Virus record (IMG/VR): IMGVR_UViG_3300047489_000453
Location: 32,001-96,000 of that record
Direction: 5' to 3' (one strand)
Length of the DNA stretch: 64,000 nucleotides
Source: a virus
Shown: piece after piece, positions 28,295 to 37,837 of the stretch
Layout of the letters: the number at the start of each line of letters is the position of its first letter
Position numbering within the stretch: position 1 is the stretch's first letter
Notes under the pieces: generated by a model
Databases searched by the model: none
What the model saw: the letters and a program-made list of their open reading frames with translations, nothing else
Told to the model about the DNA's origin: nothing
Translations under genes and position numbers: made by a program

Positions 28295-29821
28295 CTACTG
28301 GCCGAACAAGCCCGGAACAACTGATTTAACAGCCCCGGCTATAACTCCAGCTGTTTGTAACGTTTTTTGAGCTTCTGGAGTGAGCCCGGCTAGAGCCCCC
28401 AAGACTTTTCCGCCAATCGTAGCCTGTACGTATCCTGCGCCCATTCCAAGACCTATTCTGGCTATGTCCATAGGACTTACGTATCTAGACGGACCGCCTA
28501 TATTGCTGGCAGCGTTTACAACTCCAAGTGTAGCCGCCTGCATTGGAGGTGCTATAAATGGGTCGTTTAAAACTAGCCTATTAAACGCGTCTACAGGAAT
28601 GGGCTCAAGGCTTATTGAAGGCGCGCCAAACCCGCCGCCGAAGCCTCCACCAAACATGTCGGCCGCTTTTTGCATCTCTTCTGATATCTCAGGCTGAATA
28701 GCTTTTAGGCAGGCACTTGCTTTGTTTATAAATGAATTGCCTTGGGCATTAACTGGATTGCCGTATATAACGTTAGGTCGTATAAACGCTCTCCAGCTTC
28801 CTTTGTCCCTTTCGGGATTATATTTACTATCCCAGGTAGAGACGCCTAAAGCGCCTAGCCCGGCTCCAGGTAGAGTTCCAAGAGCGCCAGCCAGCATAGC
28901 CAGCCTCTTTCTTGATTTGTTCTTTTCAAACACGCCTGGAGCTAAGGATTCGGCTATAGTGCCTGCTCCATATCCTACTCCTGCGGATAAAAGTCCGCCT
29001 GCTAGCATAGCAGCTAGTGGGGTAGGTCCTCCTATGGCGTTTGAGAACCTAGACGGCTTAAGCATAAGCATTTTGGCAGCCGGGCCAAATACGTCTGACA
29101 TTAACAAGTCTCTGGCGCTCTTGACCATGATCCATGGTGGGCCTTCAGTAAGACTGTCTTCAGGCTGACAAATATCGTGAGCTATGGCTTCTTTCTCAAG
29201 ACAAGTGGAGACGTGTCCACTTTTCTCTACGACTACCCTGCTATCGAACGGATTAATCCAGGCGTATGTCCCTGGCAGCAAAGCATTTGCGACTTTATAG
29301 TAGGTGTCTCTTACAGCATTGGCATACACCAAAACCTGGTCTGGTACATCATCCCAAGTTAAATTATTTGCAGATTTCATTGTTGGTACTTGCCACTTTA
29401 CGGAAGGCGGAATAATATTCCTAGGTACATGAATTTTAAAAGACGTAGGTACGTGAGTTATGCCAACATATTTGTTATTCAATACTGAATCAATTACAAA
29501 CTCATCAGGGTACTGTTCCATCATACCCCTTAGTATCTTGTTCTTTTCCTCGTAGTTTTTCTCATCAGAAAACTTTTTTGCCTTAAGCAAAATATTAAGT
29601 GCTGATTTGGGGTCTCTTTTTTTAGATTCCTCAGAGGCAGGCTCAGGTAACGGCTGTTGCTCAGTCTGTTGCTCAGTGCCTGGTTGGCTGACTGGTTTTG
29701 GTGGATCTAGTGGTTCTGGCGGAGGTTCTTGTTGTGTTACGGGAAGAGGAGGTTCCTCAGGCTTAGGTGGCGCCGTGGGTACTGGCGGGGTAGACGGTGG
29801 TAACGGTAGTTCTGCCTGCAT
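28295..29821 (-). CDS. Multi-segment protein: Pro-rich N-terminus, K-x-A sites, glycine-zipper membrane segments
   Basis: ORF 28295..29884; ATG at 29821 has GGAGG RBS; several GxxxG-rich hydrophobic helices in C-half. Confidence 0.7.
   Translation of the reverse strand: MQAELPLPPSTPPVPTAPPKPEEPPLPVTQQEPPPEPLDPPKPVSQPGTEQQTEQQPLPEPASEESKKRDPKSALNILLKAKKFSDEKNYEEKNKILRGMMEQYPDEFVIDSVLNNKYVGITHVPTSFKIHVPRNIIPPSVKWQVPTMKSANNLTWDDVPDQVLVYANAVRDTYYKVANALLPGTYAWINPFDSRVVVEKSGHVSTCLEKEAIAHDICQPEDSLTEGPPWIMVKSARDLLMSDVFGPAAKMLMLKPSRFSNAIGGPTPLAAMLAGGLLSAGVGYGAGTIAESLAPGVFEKNKSRKRLAMLAGALGTLPGAGLGALGVSTWDSKYNPERDKGSWRAFIRPNVIYGNPVNAQGNSFINKASACLKAIQPEISEEMQKAADMFGGGFGGGFGAPSISLEPIPVDAFNRLVLNDPFIAPPMQAATLGVVNAASNIGGPSRYVSPMDIARIGLGMGAGYVQATIGGKVLGALAGLTPEAQKTLQTAGVIAGAVKSVVPGLFGQ
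29205..29220. repeat. Dispersed 16-bp palindrome copy
   Basis: GTGGAGACGTGTCCAC, 1 mismatch, inside CDS. Confidence 0.75.
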
Positions 29822-29909
29822 AGTATCCTCCAACACAAATAGTACCAATTCTTGAGGGTCCAATCTATAGTTTAGGTTTAACAATTTTACCTTTAGGAGG
29901 GTAGTTTCA

Positions 29910-32165
29910 ATGTCGAGTTCAAAGAAGTCAAGTGCCGTGGCAACTCAAAAAGTAAAAAAGAGAGACGGCAGAATAGACGAGTTCAACGAAAACAAGATAG
30001 CATCTGCAATCGAGAGATGCTTTAAAAACGGGCTAGGTTGGTCAGACGACGACGCTGCCACGGCTACTGCCAAGGTAACCAAGTCAGTTGTCAACATTCT
30101 CAGCAAAAAAACTGACTCTAATTACGAAGTCGAGGACATCCAAAAGGTAATAATTCAGCAGTTATGGGCCAGAGGATACGACGACGCAGCCACTCAATAC
30201 ACTTTGTTTAAAGAAAAAAGGCGCAATGAGCGACTAGAGACTCCGGTAGATCCCGAGCTTAGAAAAATGGTCGATGACGACAATAAATACTTTCCATCAG
30301 CCCTTCAGTATTACCAGTTTTTAAGTAAGTTTGCCAAATGGAACGAAGAGCTTGGCAGGCGTGAAACGTGGGGCGAGTGTGTTGATAGGGTCATGGATTT
30401 CTTTGCCAAGAACAACTTTTACAAAAAGCTATCAGAGCAAGACAAGAAAGACCTTAAAGAATACCTTCATAGAATGGATGCGACTCCAGCCATGCGCGTC
30501 ATTCAAATGGCAGGACCAGCCTTGGACAGGTGTAACGTAGGTGTTTATAACTGCAGCTATCTTACCATCTCTGACACCAAGTCATTCAGCGAACTGCTTT
30601 ATATCCTAATGCAAGGTACTGGTGCAGGCTTTTCAGTCGAGCGTCAATACGTTAATCAGCTTCCTCCTGTCAGGCGGCAAACTGGCAAGGCTCCAAAGAA
30701 GCTGACTATTATTGACGACACTGAGGGATGGTGTGACGCCCTGACCGCTGGTATTGATGCCTGGTTCAATGGCGAAGACATTGAGTTTGATTACTCAAAA
30801 ATTCGACCAGCTGGAACAAGGCTCAAAACCAAAGGCGGCAGGGCTAGTGGGCCTGGTCCACTTATGGAGCTTATGTCATTCGCTCGTAACCTTATCCTGT
30901 CTAGACAGGGCCAGTCCCTTACTGACATCGACTGCCATGATCTTGCTTGCAAGGTAGGCAAGATAGTACAGGTGGGAGGTGTAAGGCGTGCCAGTGAGAT
31001 CTCTTTAAGTGATCTAAACTCTGTGGAAATGCGTAACGCCAAGGCTGGTTCCTGGTGGACGAATAACCTGCAGAGGACGATGGCTAATAACTCTGCCGTG
31101 TATACAAAGAAGCCGGGAACTATTGAGTTCGTGGAGGAGTGGCTTGCGCTGGCTAAAAGCGGTTCAGGCGAACGAGGTATCTTTAATAGGGAAGGTGTTA
31201 ATAAGGCCCTTCCTGAAAGAAGGAAGCCTTGGACTTTCGGAACAAATCCCTGCGCCGAAATAATTTTGAGACCTTACCAGTTTTGCAACCTTTCCATTGT
31301 AGTTGCCAGGGAAAACGACACGCCTGAAAGCCTTGCTAAAAAGGTTCGTATCGCAACTATCTTTGGAACCATGCAGTCTTGCCTGACAAACTTCAAGTAC
31401 ATTCGTAAAGAATGGAAAGACAACTGTGAGGAAGAAAGACTTCTTGGCGTGGACATTACTGGTCAAATGGACTGCCCTATACTTAGGCCTGGCGCCAAGG
31501 GAAGGGCTGAGCTGCTTGAGAAGCTTAGAGGTATCGTCAACAAGACCAACGAAGAGTACGCAAAGAAGTTCGGTATTCCCAAGTCAGCAGCCGACACATG
31601 CGTTAAGCCGTCAGGTGATAGCGCTGTTATGTTCGGATGCTCTTCGGGTATTCACGCCAGGTTCGCCCAGTACTACATAAGACGCGTTCGTGAGCGAGCA
31701 GACAGCCCAATTGCACATATGCTTATTGACGCTGGTGTGCCTTGGATTGTGGCTCCAGAAGATGCTTCGCTTGTTGCTTTTGAGTTTCCCTGCGCTTCAC
31801 CTAAGGGCGCTATTATCAAGACTCAGCAGACCGCTATTGATCAGCTTGATAATTGGCTTGATTGGAAGCGCCACTGGGCTGAGCATTCTGTGTCTGCTAC
31901 TGTCTATATGGAACAGGATGAATGGCTAGACGCTGGCACCTGGGTTTATAAAAACTTTGATGAGATCTCTGGTATAAGCTTCTTGCCTAGGGACAACGGA
32001 ACTTATACAGGAACACCTTACGAAGAGATCGATGAAGCCGAGTACAAGCGAAGAGTGGAGACGTTTCCACAAGTTGATTGGGCTAAGCTTTCTAGGTACG
32101 AGAAGACAGACCACACTGAGTCAGCTCAGACCTACGCTTGCACTAGCGGCTCTTGCGAGCTGTAA
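29910..32165 (+). CDS. nrdJ: Class II (adenosylcobalamin-dependent) ribonucleotide reductase with N-terminal ATP cone
   Basis: ATP cone VKKRDGR..KI; RRETW, YNCSY, GGVRRA, TNPCAEI, VKPSG, C-terminal CTSGSC; no small-subunit gene adjacent. Confidence 0.88.
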   Translation: MSSSKKSSAVATQKVKKRDGRIDEFNENKIASAIERCFKNGLGWSDDDAATATAKVTKSVVNILSKKTDSNYEVEDIQKVIIQQLWARGYDDAATQYTLFKEKRRNERLETPVDPELRKMVDDDNKYFPSALQYYQFLSKFAKWNEELGRRETWGECVDRVMDFFAKNNFYKKLSEQDKKDLKEYLHRMDATPAMRVIQMAGPALDRCNVGVYNCSYLTISDTKSFSELLYILMQGTGAGFSVERQYVNQLPPVRRQTGKAPKKLTIIDDTEGWCDALTAGIDAWFNGEDIEFDYSKIRPAGTRLKTKGGRASGPGPLMELMSFARNLILSRQGQSLTDIDCHDLACKVGKIVQVGGVRRASEISLSDLNSVEMRNAKAGSWWTNNLQRTMANNSAVYTKKPGTIEFVEEWLALAKSGSGERGIFNREGVNKALPERRKPWTFGTNPCAEIILRPYQFCNLSIVVARENDTPESLAKKVRIATIFGTMQSCLTNFKYIRKEWKDNCEEERLLGVDITGQMDCPILRPGAKGRAELLEKLRGIVNKTNEEYAKKFGIPKSAADTCVKPSGDSAVMFGCSSGIHARFAQYYIRRVRERADSPIAHMLIDAGVPWIVAPEDASLVAFEFPCASPKGAIIKTQQTAIDQLDNWLDWKRHWAEHSVSATVYMEQDEWLDAGTWVYKNFDEISGISFLPRDNGTYTGTPYEEIDEAEYKRRVETFPQVDWAKLSRYEKTDHTESAQTYACTSGSCEL
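32055..32070. repeat. Dispersed 16-bp palindrome copy
   Basis: GTGGAGACGTTTCCAC, 1 mismatch, inside nrdJ. Confidence 0.75.
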
Positions 32166-32172
32166 TACCCAA

Positions 32173-32220
32173 TAGCTAAAAAAATCCACTGTAGCTTACG
32201 GGCTACAGTGGATTTTTATT
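32173..32220. terminator. Bidirectional intrinsic terminator between convergent genes
   Basis: AAAATCCACTGTAGCT-tacg-GGCTACAGTGGATTTT. Confidence 0.85.
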
Positions 32221-32231
32221 TGTTAATAGTT

Positions 32232-33272
32232 TTATTCAAACTTAACTATGCCAGCATCTATCAGTTCTTGCCGTAAAGATTCACCCTGGTATATGCCAGA
32301 GTAAGAGATTACGCCAGGACTAAATGGATGGAAACTGAATATACCGTCGCTTCCCCTTACACGGCCATACCAGTCTCGATTAAAGTCGAAGTCGCTAGCG
32401 TGCTTAAGAGTAGACTCATGGCACCTAGTACATGACTTAGTATCCACAGCTATAGTAGCCGCCTTAAAGCCTTTGGGAACAATATGAAACGCTTCCTCAG
32501 TTGTTGGAGCAAATGCATCTTTATTCCACTCTTGCCCTAAGGCGTTTACAAACTTCTGGCTAAGGGCTTTCTTAATCAAGCCATCAGACAGCTTGCCTAG
32601 TGAAGTTGTAGTCACATCGCCTTTGAATATCTGATGCGACTGGTAGACTCTCTTATCTGTGACAGACAACTCTTCGCCGTTAAAGCTGCAGAATCTCTGA
32701 AACTCTTTAAGAGTTGCAAATGGCCTGTACGATGTCATCTTCCAGCCATCGCTTGATTTGCTTCTGAGCCTGACCTCAAAGGTGTAGTATTTCTCTTTGT
32801 AGTAGATTTGAAGAACTTCACCTACTACAGCGCCCTCTGGGTACGCCCATACGTAAGAGGATCTTCTATCGCCTGGCAGAAACTTCTTGCTGACAACAAT
32901 AGGCTTATCCTTAGGCAGCAGCAAGAATTTAAAGGTAGAGAAATTATCGTCTGGAACACTTTCTGTTCCAGCTGGAGACCCCCATGGAAACTCTACATTA
33001 GGGTTGCCGTACAACTCCCTTGGCTTGTCGGCAGATATGTTATACGAGGGAGAGTGAATGCCTGGAAGGGCTCCAGCAAAATCTTGATAAGCTTTAGGCA
33101 TTTCCTTTTCCGTATATATAAGAAGCCTGCTATCTTTACGGATTCTATCTAGAACTCCGTCTTTACTGTCCGGTATATGAGAGGACAGTATCTCGTGCCT
33201 CTCAGGCGTAATAAACTTATAACCGTCGTTTCCTAAAATAGCCGCCAATCCTAGCGCCACAAATGAAAACAT
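32232..33272 (-). CDS. Secreted protein with a single CxxCH motif (possible c-type heme)
   Basis: Signal-like N-terminus MFSFVALGLAAILG; SCTRCHE motif; AGGAGG RBS. Confidence 0.55.
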   Translation of the reverse strand: MFSFVALGLAAILGNDGYKFITPERHEILSSHIPDSKDGVLDRIRKDSRLLIYTEKEMPKAYQDFAGALPGIHSPSYNISADKPRELYGNPNVEFPWGSPAGTESVPDDNFSTFKFLLLPKDKPIVVSKKFLPGDRRSSYVWAYPEGAVVGEVLQIYYKEKYYTFEVRLRSKSSDGWKMTSYRPFATLKEFQRFCSFNGEELSVTDKRVYQSHQIFKGDVTTTSLGKLSDGLIKKALSQKFVNALGQEWNKDAFAPTTEEAFHIVPKGFKAATIAVDTKSCTRCHESTLKHASDFDFNRDWYGRVRGSDGIFSFHPFSPGVISYSGIYQGESLRQELIDAGIVKFE

Positions 33273-33418
33273 AAAAACCTCCTGTCAAATGGGCTCCCAC
33301 AATCGAGAGCCGGGACTAAGAATAGTACCAACGAGTTAATATTTTACAACTGTTAAATTAATATTGCCGTCTTGATTTAATAGGCAATAGTAATAGACTA
33401 TTGGTGAAAGGAGCCACC

Positions 33419-34246
33419 ATGCCATCTAAAAAAATCGCCGTATTTAGCATCATGCAAAACGAAGATATATTTTCTAGGATATGGGTTAATCACTACTCTA
33501 AGCTAGTTCCTACATCAGATATGTTCATACTTAATCATAATACTTCAACTGAAAAAGCCATGAAGCACCTTGAGGACTTTAAACTAGAGGGCGTTAACGT
33601 CATAGATATAAACAACAGCGTCAGCTTTGATCATGAATGGCTCAGAGACACTGTCAAAGATTATCAAAAGAAGCTATTAGAATCCTATGAAGTGGTAATA
33701 TTTGCCGAGGCCGACGAATATATAGTAATAGACCCAAGTAAAACAAACCTAAGCCTATCAGAATATATTTCAGAATTCTTCAAAGACGGCGTTAAAAACA
33801 CAATACGCTGCACGGGGTACTGCGTTGATCATGTTGTAACACAGGAGCCACCGTTAAATCTTTCAAGGCCAATATTAGCCCAAAGATCCAGGTGGCGCAG
33901 AACCTTTATGTTTGATAAGCCTCTAATATCAAATCAACCTTGCGATTGGCATATAGGATTTCACTGGATTGAAGGCAAAGAAAACTCTCATACACCGGAT
34001 CGTAATGTTTTATTATTACATCTACACAAGATGGACTATTATTTATGCCTGCAGAAGCATGCTGAGTCTTCTAGAAGAAATTGGTCAGAAAAAGACATCA
34101 ACGAAAGAATAGGCGAGCATAACTATATAAGCGGCGACGTGGACCTATATAAATGGTTTGTATCTGGATCTAAGTTTCAAAAAACTGGCAACGAACTTGT
34201 AAAGTATCCTGACTATATAAGGAACATCGATCTACGATATTCTTGA
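33419..34246 (+). CDS. Glycosyltransferase (GT-A fold, family 2-like)
   Basis: IMQNEDIF..WVNHY..FAEADEY..KP..GFH..LLHL pattern; ATG at 33419 after AAAGGAG. Confidence 0.7.
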   Translation: MPSKKIAVFSIMQNEDIFSRIWVNHYSKLVPTSDMFILNHNTSTEKAMKHLEDFKLEGVNVIDINNSVSFDHEWLRDTVKDYQKKLLESYEVVIFAEADEYIVIDPSKTNLSLSEYISEFFKDGVKNTIRCTGYCVDHVVTQEPPLNLSRPILAQRSRWRRTFMFDKPLISNQPCDWHIGFHWIEGKENSHTPDRNVLLLHLHKMDYYLCLQKHAESSRRNWSEKDINERIGEHNYISGDVDLYKWFVSGSKFQKTGNELVKYPDYIRNIDLRYS

Positions 34247-34250
34247 TAGA

Positions 34251-34288
34251 TAAAAAAATCAGCCGTAGCGCATAAGCTACGGCTGATT
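34251..34288 (-). terminator. Intrinsic terminator
   Basis: AATCAGCCGTAGC-gcataa-GCTACGGCTGATT with T-tract on minus strand. Confidence 0.8.
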
Positions 34289-34292
34289 AAAT

Positions 34293-34742
34293 TTATCTAA
34301 CCTTATCAAAGTACCTGTCCAGGTTTCTGGACACAAGGGCGGTGACTGCCCTATCCACCTTCAACCCTATTTTGGGCGTCGGGGAGTCTATAGCCAGCCA
34401 CCTGAGGTCTTTGGAGTTTTCTGTCATTTTCTTGTAGTCAGAAAATGACATCTCTCCGAATAGCTCACAGACGACTACTCTGTAAGCTTCCTGGCTAACT
34501 TCTCTCAGCATGGTTTCATTAGGCGTGACAACGTCATCGCCTAACGAGACTATGTTGAACCTCTTCTTGTAGGCTCTTCTATAGGCCTCGGAGAAGTTAC
34601 CGTAAACCTCGCCTGCAGCCAGCTTATCAGCTGGCATATCCATTACCGTCATAACTGGCCTTGGAGTAACGCCCTCCAAGGCTGGCTTGGTGTCGACTTC
34701 GACACCAAGCGCAAGGACTACCGAAAGTAACAAAGCATTCAT
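34293..34742 (-). CDS. Hypothetical protein with signal peptide
   Basis: MNALLLSVVLALG N-terminus; AAAGGA RBS. Confidence 0.65.
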   Translation of the reverse strand: MNALLLSVVLALGVEVDTKPALEGVTPRPVMTVMDMPADKLAAGEVYGNFSEAYRRAYKKRFNIVSLGDDVVTPNETMLREVSQEAYRVVVCELFGEMSFSDYKKMTENSKDLRWLAIDSPTPKIGLKVDRAVTALVSRNLDRYFDKVR

Positions 34743-34767
34743 GTTTTATCCTTTCTTAAAGTAAAAA

Positions 34768-35139
34768 TTATTTAACCACATCTTTTGCAGATCTTACCAA
34801 AACTATTCGCCTGAACTGGGCGAACGTCTTGATCTCTAAAAGGCCCTCCTGCAGAATACTGCAGGCGACCTTTATCGTCTTTTCCCAACCTTGTAACTCT
34901 TCATCACTTAAAAGCATGATGAGAGAGTCAGTTTGACCCCGGTAAAAATCTACCGTGGTCTTACGCCACTTCTTGCCGCCGAGCTCGGCGAATAGAAAAT
35001 CCGAGCTTGAGGTATATTTACCCCAATTTTTCCTCTTCCCGATTAGGAAGAGTTTCTCTCTCCCTTGGACGCCAAGAGAGCACACGCTCTCTTCGAAACA
35101 TCCAATCGTAAAATCATGATCATGCACTGCAGGTAGCAT
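34768..35139 (-). CDS. Hypothetical protein
   Basis: 123 aa; AAAGGAG RBS; downstream of promoter-like motif. Confidence 0.65.
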   Translation of the reverse strand: MLPAVHDHDFTIGCFEESVCSLGVQGREKLFLIGKRKNWGKYTSSSDFLFAELGGKKWRKTTVDFYRGQTDSLIMLLSDEELQGWEKTIKVACSILQEGLLEIKTFAQFRRIVLVRSAKDVVK

Positions 35140-35209
35140 GTCATTTCTCCTTTAAGATGTCCGTCACGCCATGGCGAAAGCCATGGTTAAAACGCGCGGA
35201 TCACCTAAT

Positions 35210-35236
35210 TATGACGCTAAAATGCTTCTAATTTAG
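35210..35236 (-). promoter_or_regulatory. Bipartite promoter-like motif
   Basis: Minus strand CTAAATTA-N11-GCGTCATA. Confidence 0.55.
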
Positions 35237-36000
35237 CTTTTCTTATTTAGATACATATCGCACAAAAATGTGAAAGAAAACTTCTTTAGCTTGTCTCTTA
35301 CGGTCGATATGTTAAGGCCAAACTTCTTAGCCCATCTTGGAAGTGTCATTGATTTGCCCATGTAGCTATACAGCTTAGGCTTGTTTATTTTTTTAGCCAT
35401 TGGAGACGCTGCTATGTCGTCTCCGCTGTATCCTTGGACATACAGGCTGCATACTGTTTCAAAATTAAGTCTAAGCTGCTTACAAAACGCGCTTAGGCTG
35501 AGTATCTCGCCCTTATAAACCACATCTCCGCATACCTTTGGAGGCTCTTCCATTATGGCCTCCTCAAAAGTCAACCCTCTCCTTAGCCTGGTATTTATAG
35601 TGTTGTAACACAGACCGAGATCTTTACACCAAACTGCAAGTGGTTGCTTTTTGCCTTTATATTCTATTATTCTGTTGGTTGACTTGTTTATAGCCTGCAT
35701 TTCAGAGACTATCCATTTCATGTTATTTGTCACGTAACCTTTATCATTATCTATCCTTTCAATCGTAAATTTATCCTTGGGTAAAGGGCATTCTCCAACT
35801 TCATTAAGAAAGTTTAAAAAGCTGTACCTGTAAAAGTCATCAAATACAAATCCTCTTCCGCCGTAGTTCTCATATCTTGCGTGTCTTGGATTGTGACACT
35901 TACTTATTATTCTTTGCCATGTTTTGTACTCTTTATAAAACCGTCTTCCTGGCATTGATGCGCCAGCCACGTCTAAATTTGTGAATGAATAATTTGGCAT
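35233..36000 (-). CDS. HNH-type homing endonuclease-like protein with C-terminal DNA-binding repeats
   Basis: EYKTW..I..KC.NP...YENYGGRG..TIERIDNDKGY...N.KW; repeated YKG...L..W...GL units. Confidence 0.75.
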   Translation of the reverse strand: MPNYSFTNLDVAGASMPGRRFYKEYKTWQRIISKCHNPRHARYENYGGRGFVFDDFYRYSFLNFLNEVGECPLPKDKFTIERIDNDKGYVTNNMKWIVSEMQAINKSTNRIIEYKGKKQPLAVWCKDLGLCYNTINTRLRRGLTFEEAIMEEPPKVCGDVVYKGEILSLSAFCKQLRLNFETVCSLYVQGYSGDDIAASPMAKKINKPKLYSYMGKSMTLPRWAKKFGLNISTVRDKLKKFSFTFLCDMYLNKKS

Positions 36001-36011
36001 TGGGCCCCCAA

Positions 36012-36051
36012 TATCTAAAAAAAAGCCAAGCAGCCTTAAGGCTGCCTGGCT
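36012..36051 (-). terminator. Intrinsic terminator
   Basis: AGCCAAGCAGCC-ttaa-GGCTGCCTGGCT with T8 tail on minus strand. Confidence 0.8.
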
Positions 36052-36063
36052 AATTAGTTATTA

Positions 36064-36231
36064 TTACCACTGCTTACGCAGGGTAACAGTTATGTCTATT
36101 TTGTCGACGAGTCTGCAGTCATACGGATTGACTGCAGTCCTAGAAGTCGTCTCGACTGAGTAGGACGTCTTTTCAGTCGACCTACATCCTAACCCTAGAC
36201 ATACCAAAGACAATAAAACAAGCCTGATCAT
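36064..36231 (-). CDS. Small lipoprotein
   Basis: ATG at 36231 after GGAGG; MIRLVLLSLVCLGLG-C lipobox-like. Confidence 0.6.
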   Translation of the reverse strand: MIRLVLLSLVCLGLGCRSTEKTSYSVETTSRTAVNPYDCRLVDKIDITVTLRKQW

Positions 36232-36266
36232 AAATCCTCCTTGTTGATAAGGGCTTATCATCTAAT

Positions 36267-36293
36267 TATGACTCAATTTCAGGCTTAATTTAC
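36267..36293 (-). promoter_or_regulatory. Bipartite promoter-like motif
   Basis: Minus strand GTAAATTA-N11-GAGTCATA. Confidence 0.5.
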
Positions 36294-36297
36294 AACC

Positions 36298-36858
36298 CTA
36301 TTTAAACGGCGGACCTTCGTACCAGGTGACCAGGCTGTACCTGGTACCTGAGGTAACTGGAACAACCCGGTGCTTAATAAAAGATGGGAATACGATGGTT
36401 GTTCCTTTTATCCTTAGATCTGCCGGCATAGGAGACTGCTCATTCATCTGGAACTCGAGATCTCCGCCAGTGTAAGTTGACGGGTCACTAAGCTGCAGCA
36501 CAAACGATAGTTTTCTTTGAGAGTTACTGCCTGACTGTGGAATCCATCGAAGATCCTCATGCCAACCGTAATAACCTGTGTAGGCAGCGTCATACTCTGT
36601 GAACTGTATTTCATGAAATAGATTTATGTCGAAGCCAAATGCTGTATTGGCTCTTTTGCACACGTATTCTATGTCCCTAAACAGCCAGTCCCAATCTGAG
36701 TCAGATCTTTGTATCCACCTTATTTTTGATCTTCTCAAATCAGGGACATTACCATATGTAGTTGCCTGCACAGGTGCAATCTCAAGCGCTTGCTTGACAA
36801 CCTTGTCGCACTGGCTATCAGGCATGTAATTTTTCCACATTTGCCACATTGATCGCAT
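36298..36858 (-). CDS. 2OG-Fe(II) oxygenase (PKHD/prolyl-hydroxylase-like)
   Basis: WHED..RKLS..QLSDP..YTGGDL..FPS..HRVVPVTSGTRYSLV. Confidence 0.88.
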   Translation of the reverse strand: MRSMWQMWKNYMPDSQCDKVVKQALEIAPVQATTYGNVPDLRRSKIRWIQRSDSDWDWLFRDIEYVCKRANTAFGFDINLFHEIQFTEYDAAYTGYYGWHEDLRWIPQSGSNSQRKLSFVLQLSDPSTYTGGDLEFQMNEQSPMPADLRIKGTTIVFPSFIKHRVVPVTSGTRYSLVTWYEGPPFK

Positions 36859-36917
36859 CTTAGACTCCTTTTGTTAGGTGTATTAAACATCACTACGGTA
36901 CATAAAGTCAATAAAGA

Positions 36918-37060
36918 GAAGATGCCGGCTTCAGGAAGGAGGGTCCGTCCGGCATCTTCGGCCGAGGTTAGGCTGAAAGGGTAAGGCCTGCGCACTCTCG
37001 GCTTACGCCCCCATGCAGCCGTGATGCTGGCAGCCGCTTAAGGCTAGGAGGAGCCTCGGG
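36918..37060. ncRNA. Structured non-coding RNA candidate
   Basis: GC-rich intergenic island with consecutive hairpins (GAAGATGCCGG/CCGGCATCTTC; GCCGAG/CTCGGC; two short stems). Confidence 0.35.
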
Positions 37061-37199
37061 ATTAGGTTATATTATCGAGTTCAAAAAGTAAATTCCATAA
37101 TTAATGGACGTAAACTTAAATAACCTGGGTAAATAGCCTATACACTGAAATAATGTATTGACTATAATTCGTAGCTTCAATACTGGGCAGGAAAAAATT

Positions 37200-37835
37200 A
37201 TGGTTATGTACAACCTTTCTCATCTAATTCAATACGATCCTCAAATAGTGTTTGGACCGATACAGGATGATGAAGCTCTGTTTTTATTCTCGCTAGTTAG
37301 GGTTCTTAGACTTAAAAGAATTCTTGAGGTAGGGTTTTTCAAAGGCTATTCAGCCACTAACTTTCTAGCGGCAGTTGGCAAAAAGGGAACTGTCTATAGC
37401 TGCGATATAAATAAGATTACGGCCCTGGAAGAAAACCATAAGCCAATAAGCAAAGACGTTGGAGAATTAACAGCCCAAGACGTAGATGGTCTACCGTTAG
37501 ACTTGGTGTTCTTTGACTGCCACAACCTTATAGCGCAGATGAAATGTTTTCATAAGCTTAAAGAGGCCGGAATAATTACTGATAAAACTATTTTAGCCCT
37601 GCATGATACCGGGACTCACCCAGGCAAGCTCCATACTGCCGTTGTATACACGCAGATAGGGCCCGGAGAGTTTATACACCAGCCGGTTGAAAGAGAGATG
37701 GTTAACATATTTGCCGACATGGGCTACAGCCCTTTATGCCTTAATATGGACATAAGCCGATGCTCTGAGGATGATCTACCGTTTAGGCACGGTCTTACAA
37801 TAATGAGCAAGTTTACCAAGCTAAGACTGTCTTAG
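37200..37835 (+). CDS. Class I SAM-dependent methyltransferase (Methyltransf_24-like)
   Basis: ILEVGFFKGYS, LVFFDCH, LHDT; ATG at 37200 within ORF 37158..37835. Confidence 0.78.
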   Translation: MVMYNLSHLIQYDPQIVFGPIQDDEALFLFSLVRVLRLKRILEVGFFKGYSATNFLAAVGKKGTVYSCDINKITALEENHKPISKDVGELTAQDVDGLPLDLVFFDCHNLIAQMKCFHKLKEAGIITDKTILALHDTGTHPGKLHTAVVYTQIGPGEFIHQPVEREMVNIFADMGYSPLCLNMDISRCSEDDLPFRHGLTIMSKFTKLRLS

Positions 37836-37837
37836 GC

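Noticed and set aside
36298-36858. TET/JBP-type DNA base hydroxylase
   Set aside because: Motifs fit the PKHD/prolyl-hydroxylase-like 2OG-Fe(II) group common in aquatic phages. Nothing specific points to a DNA substrate.
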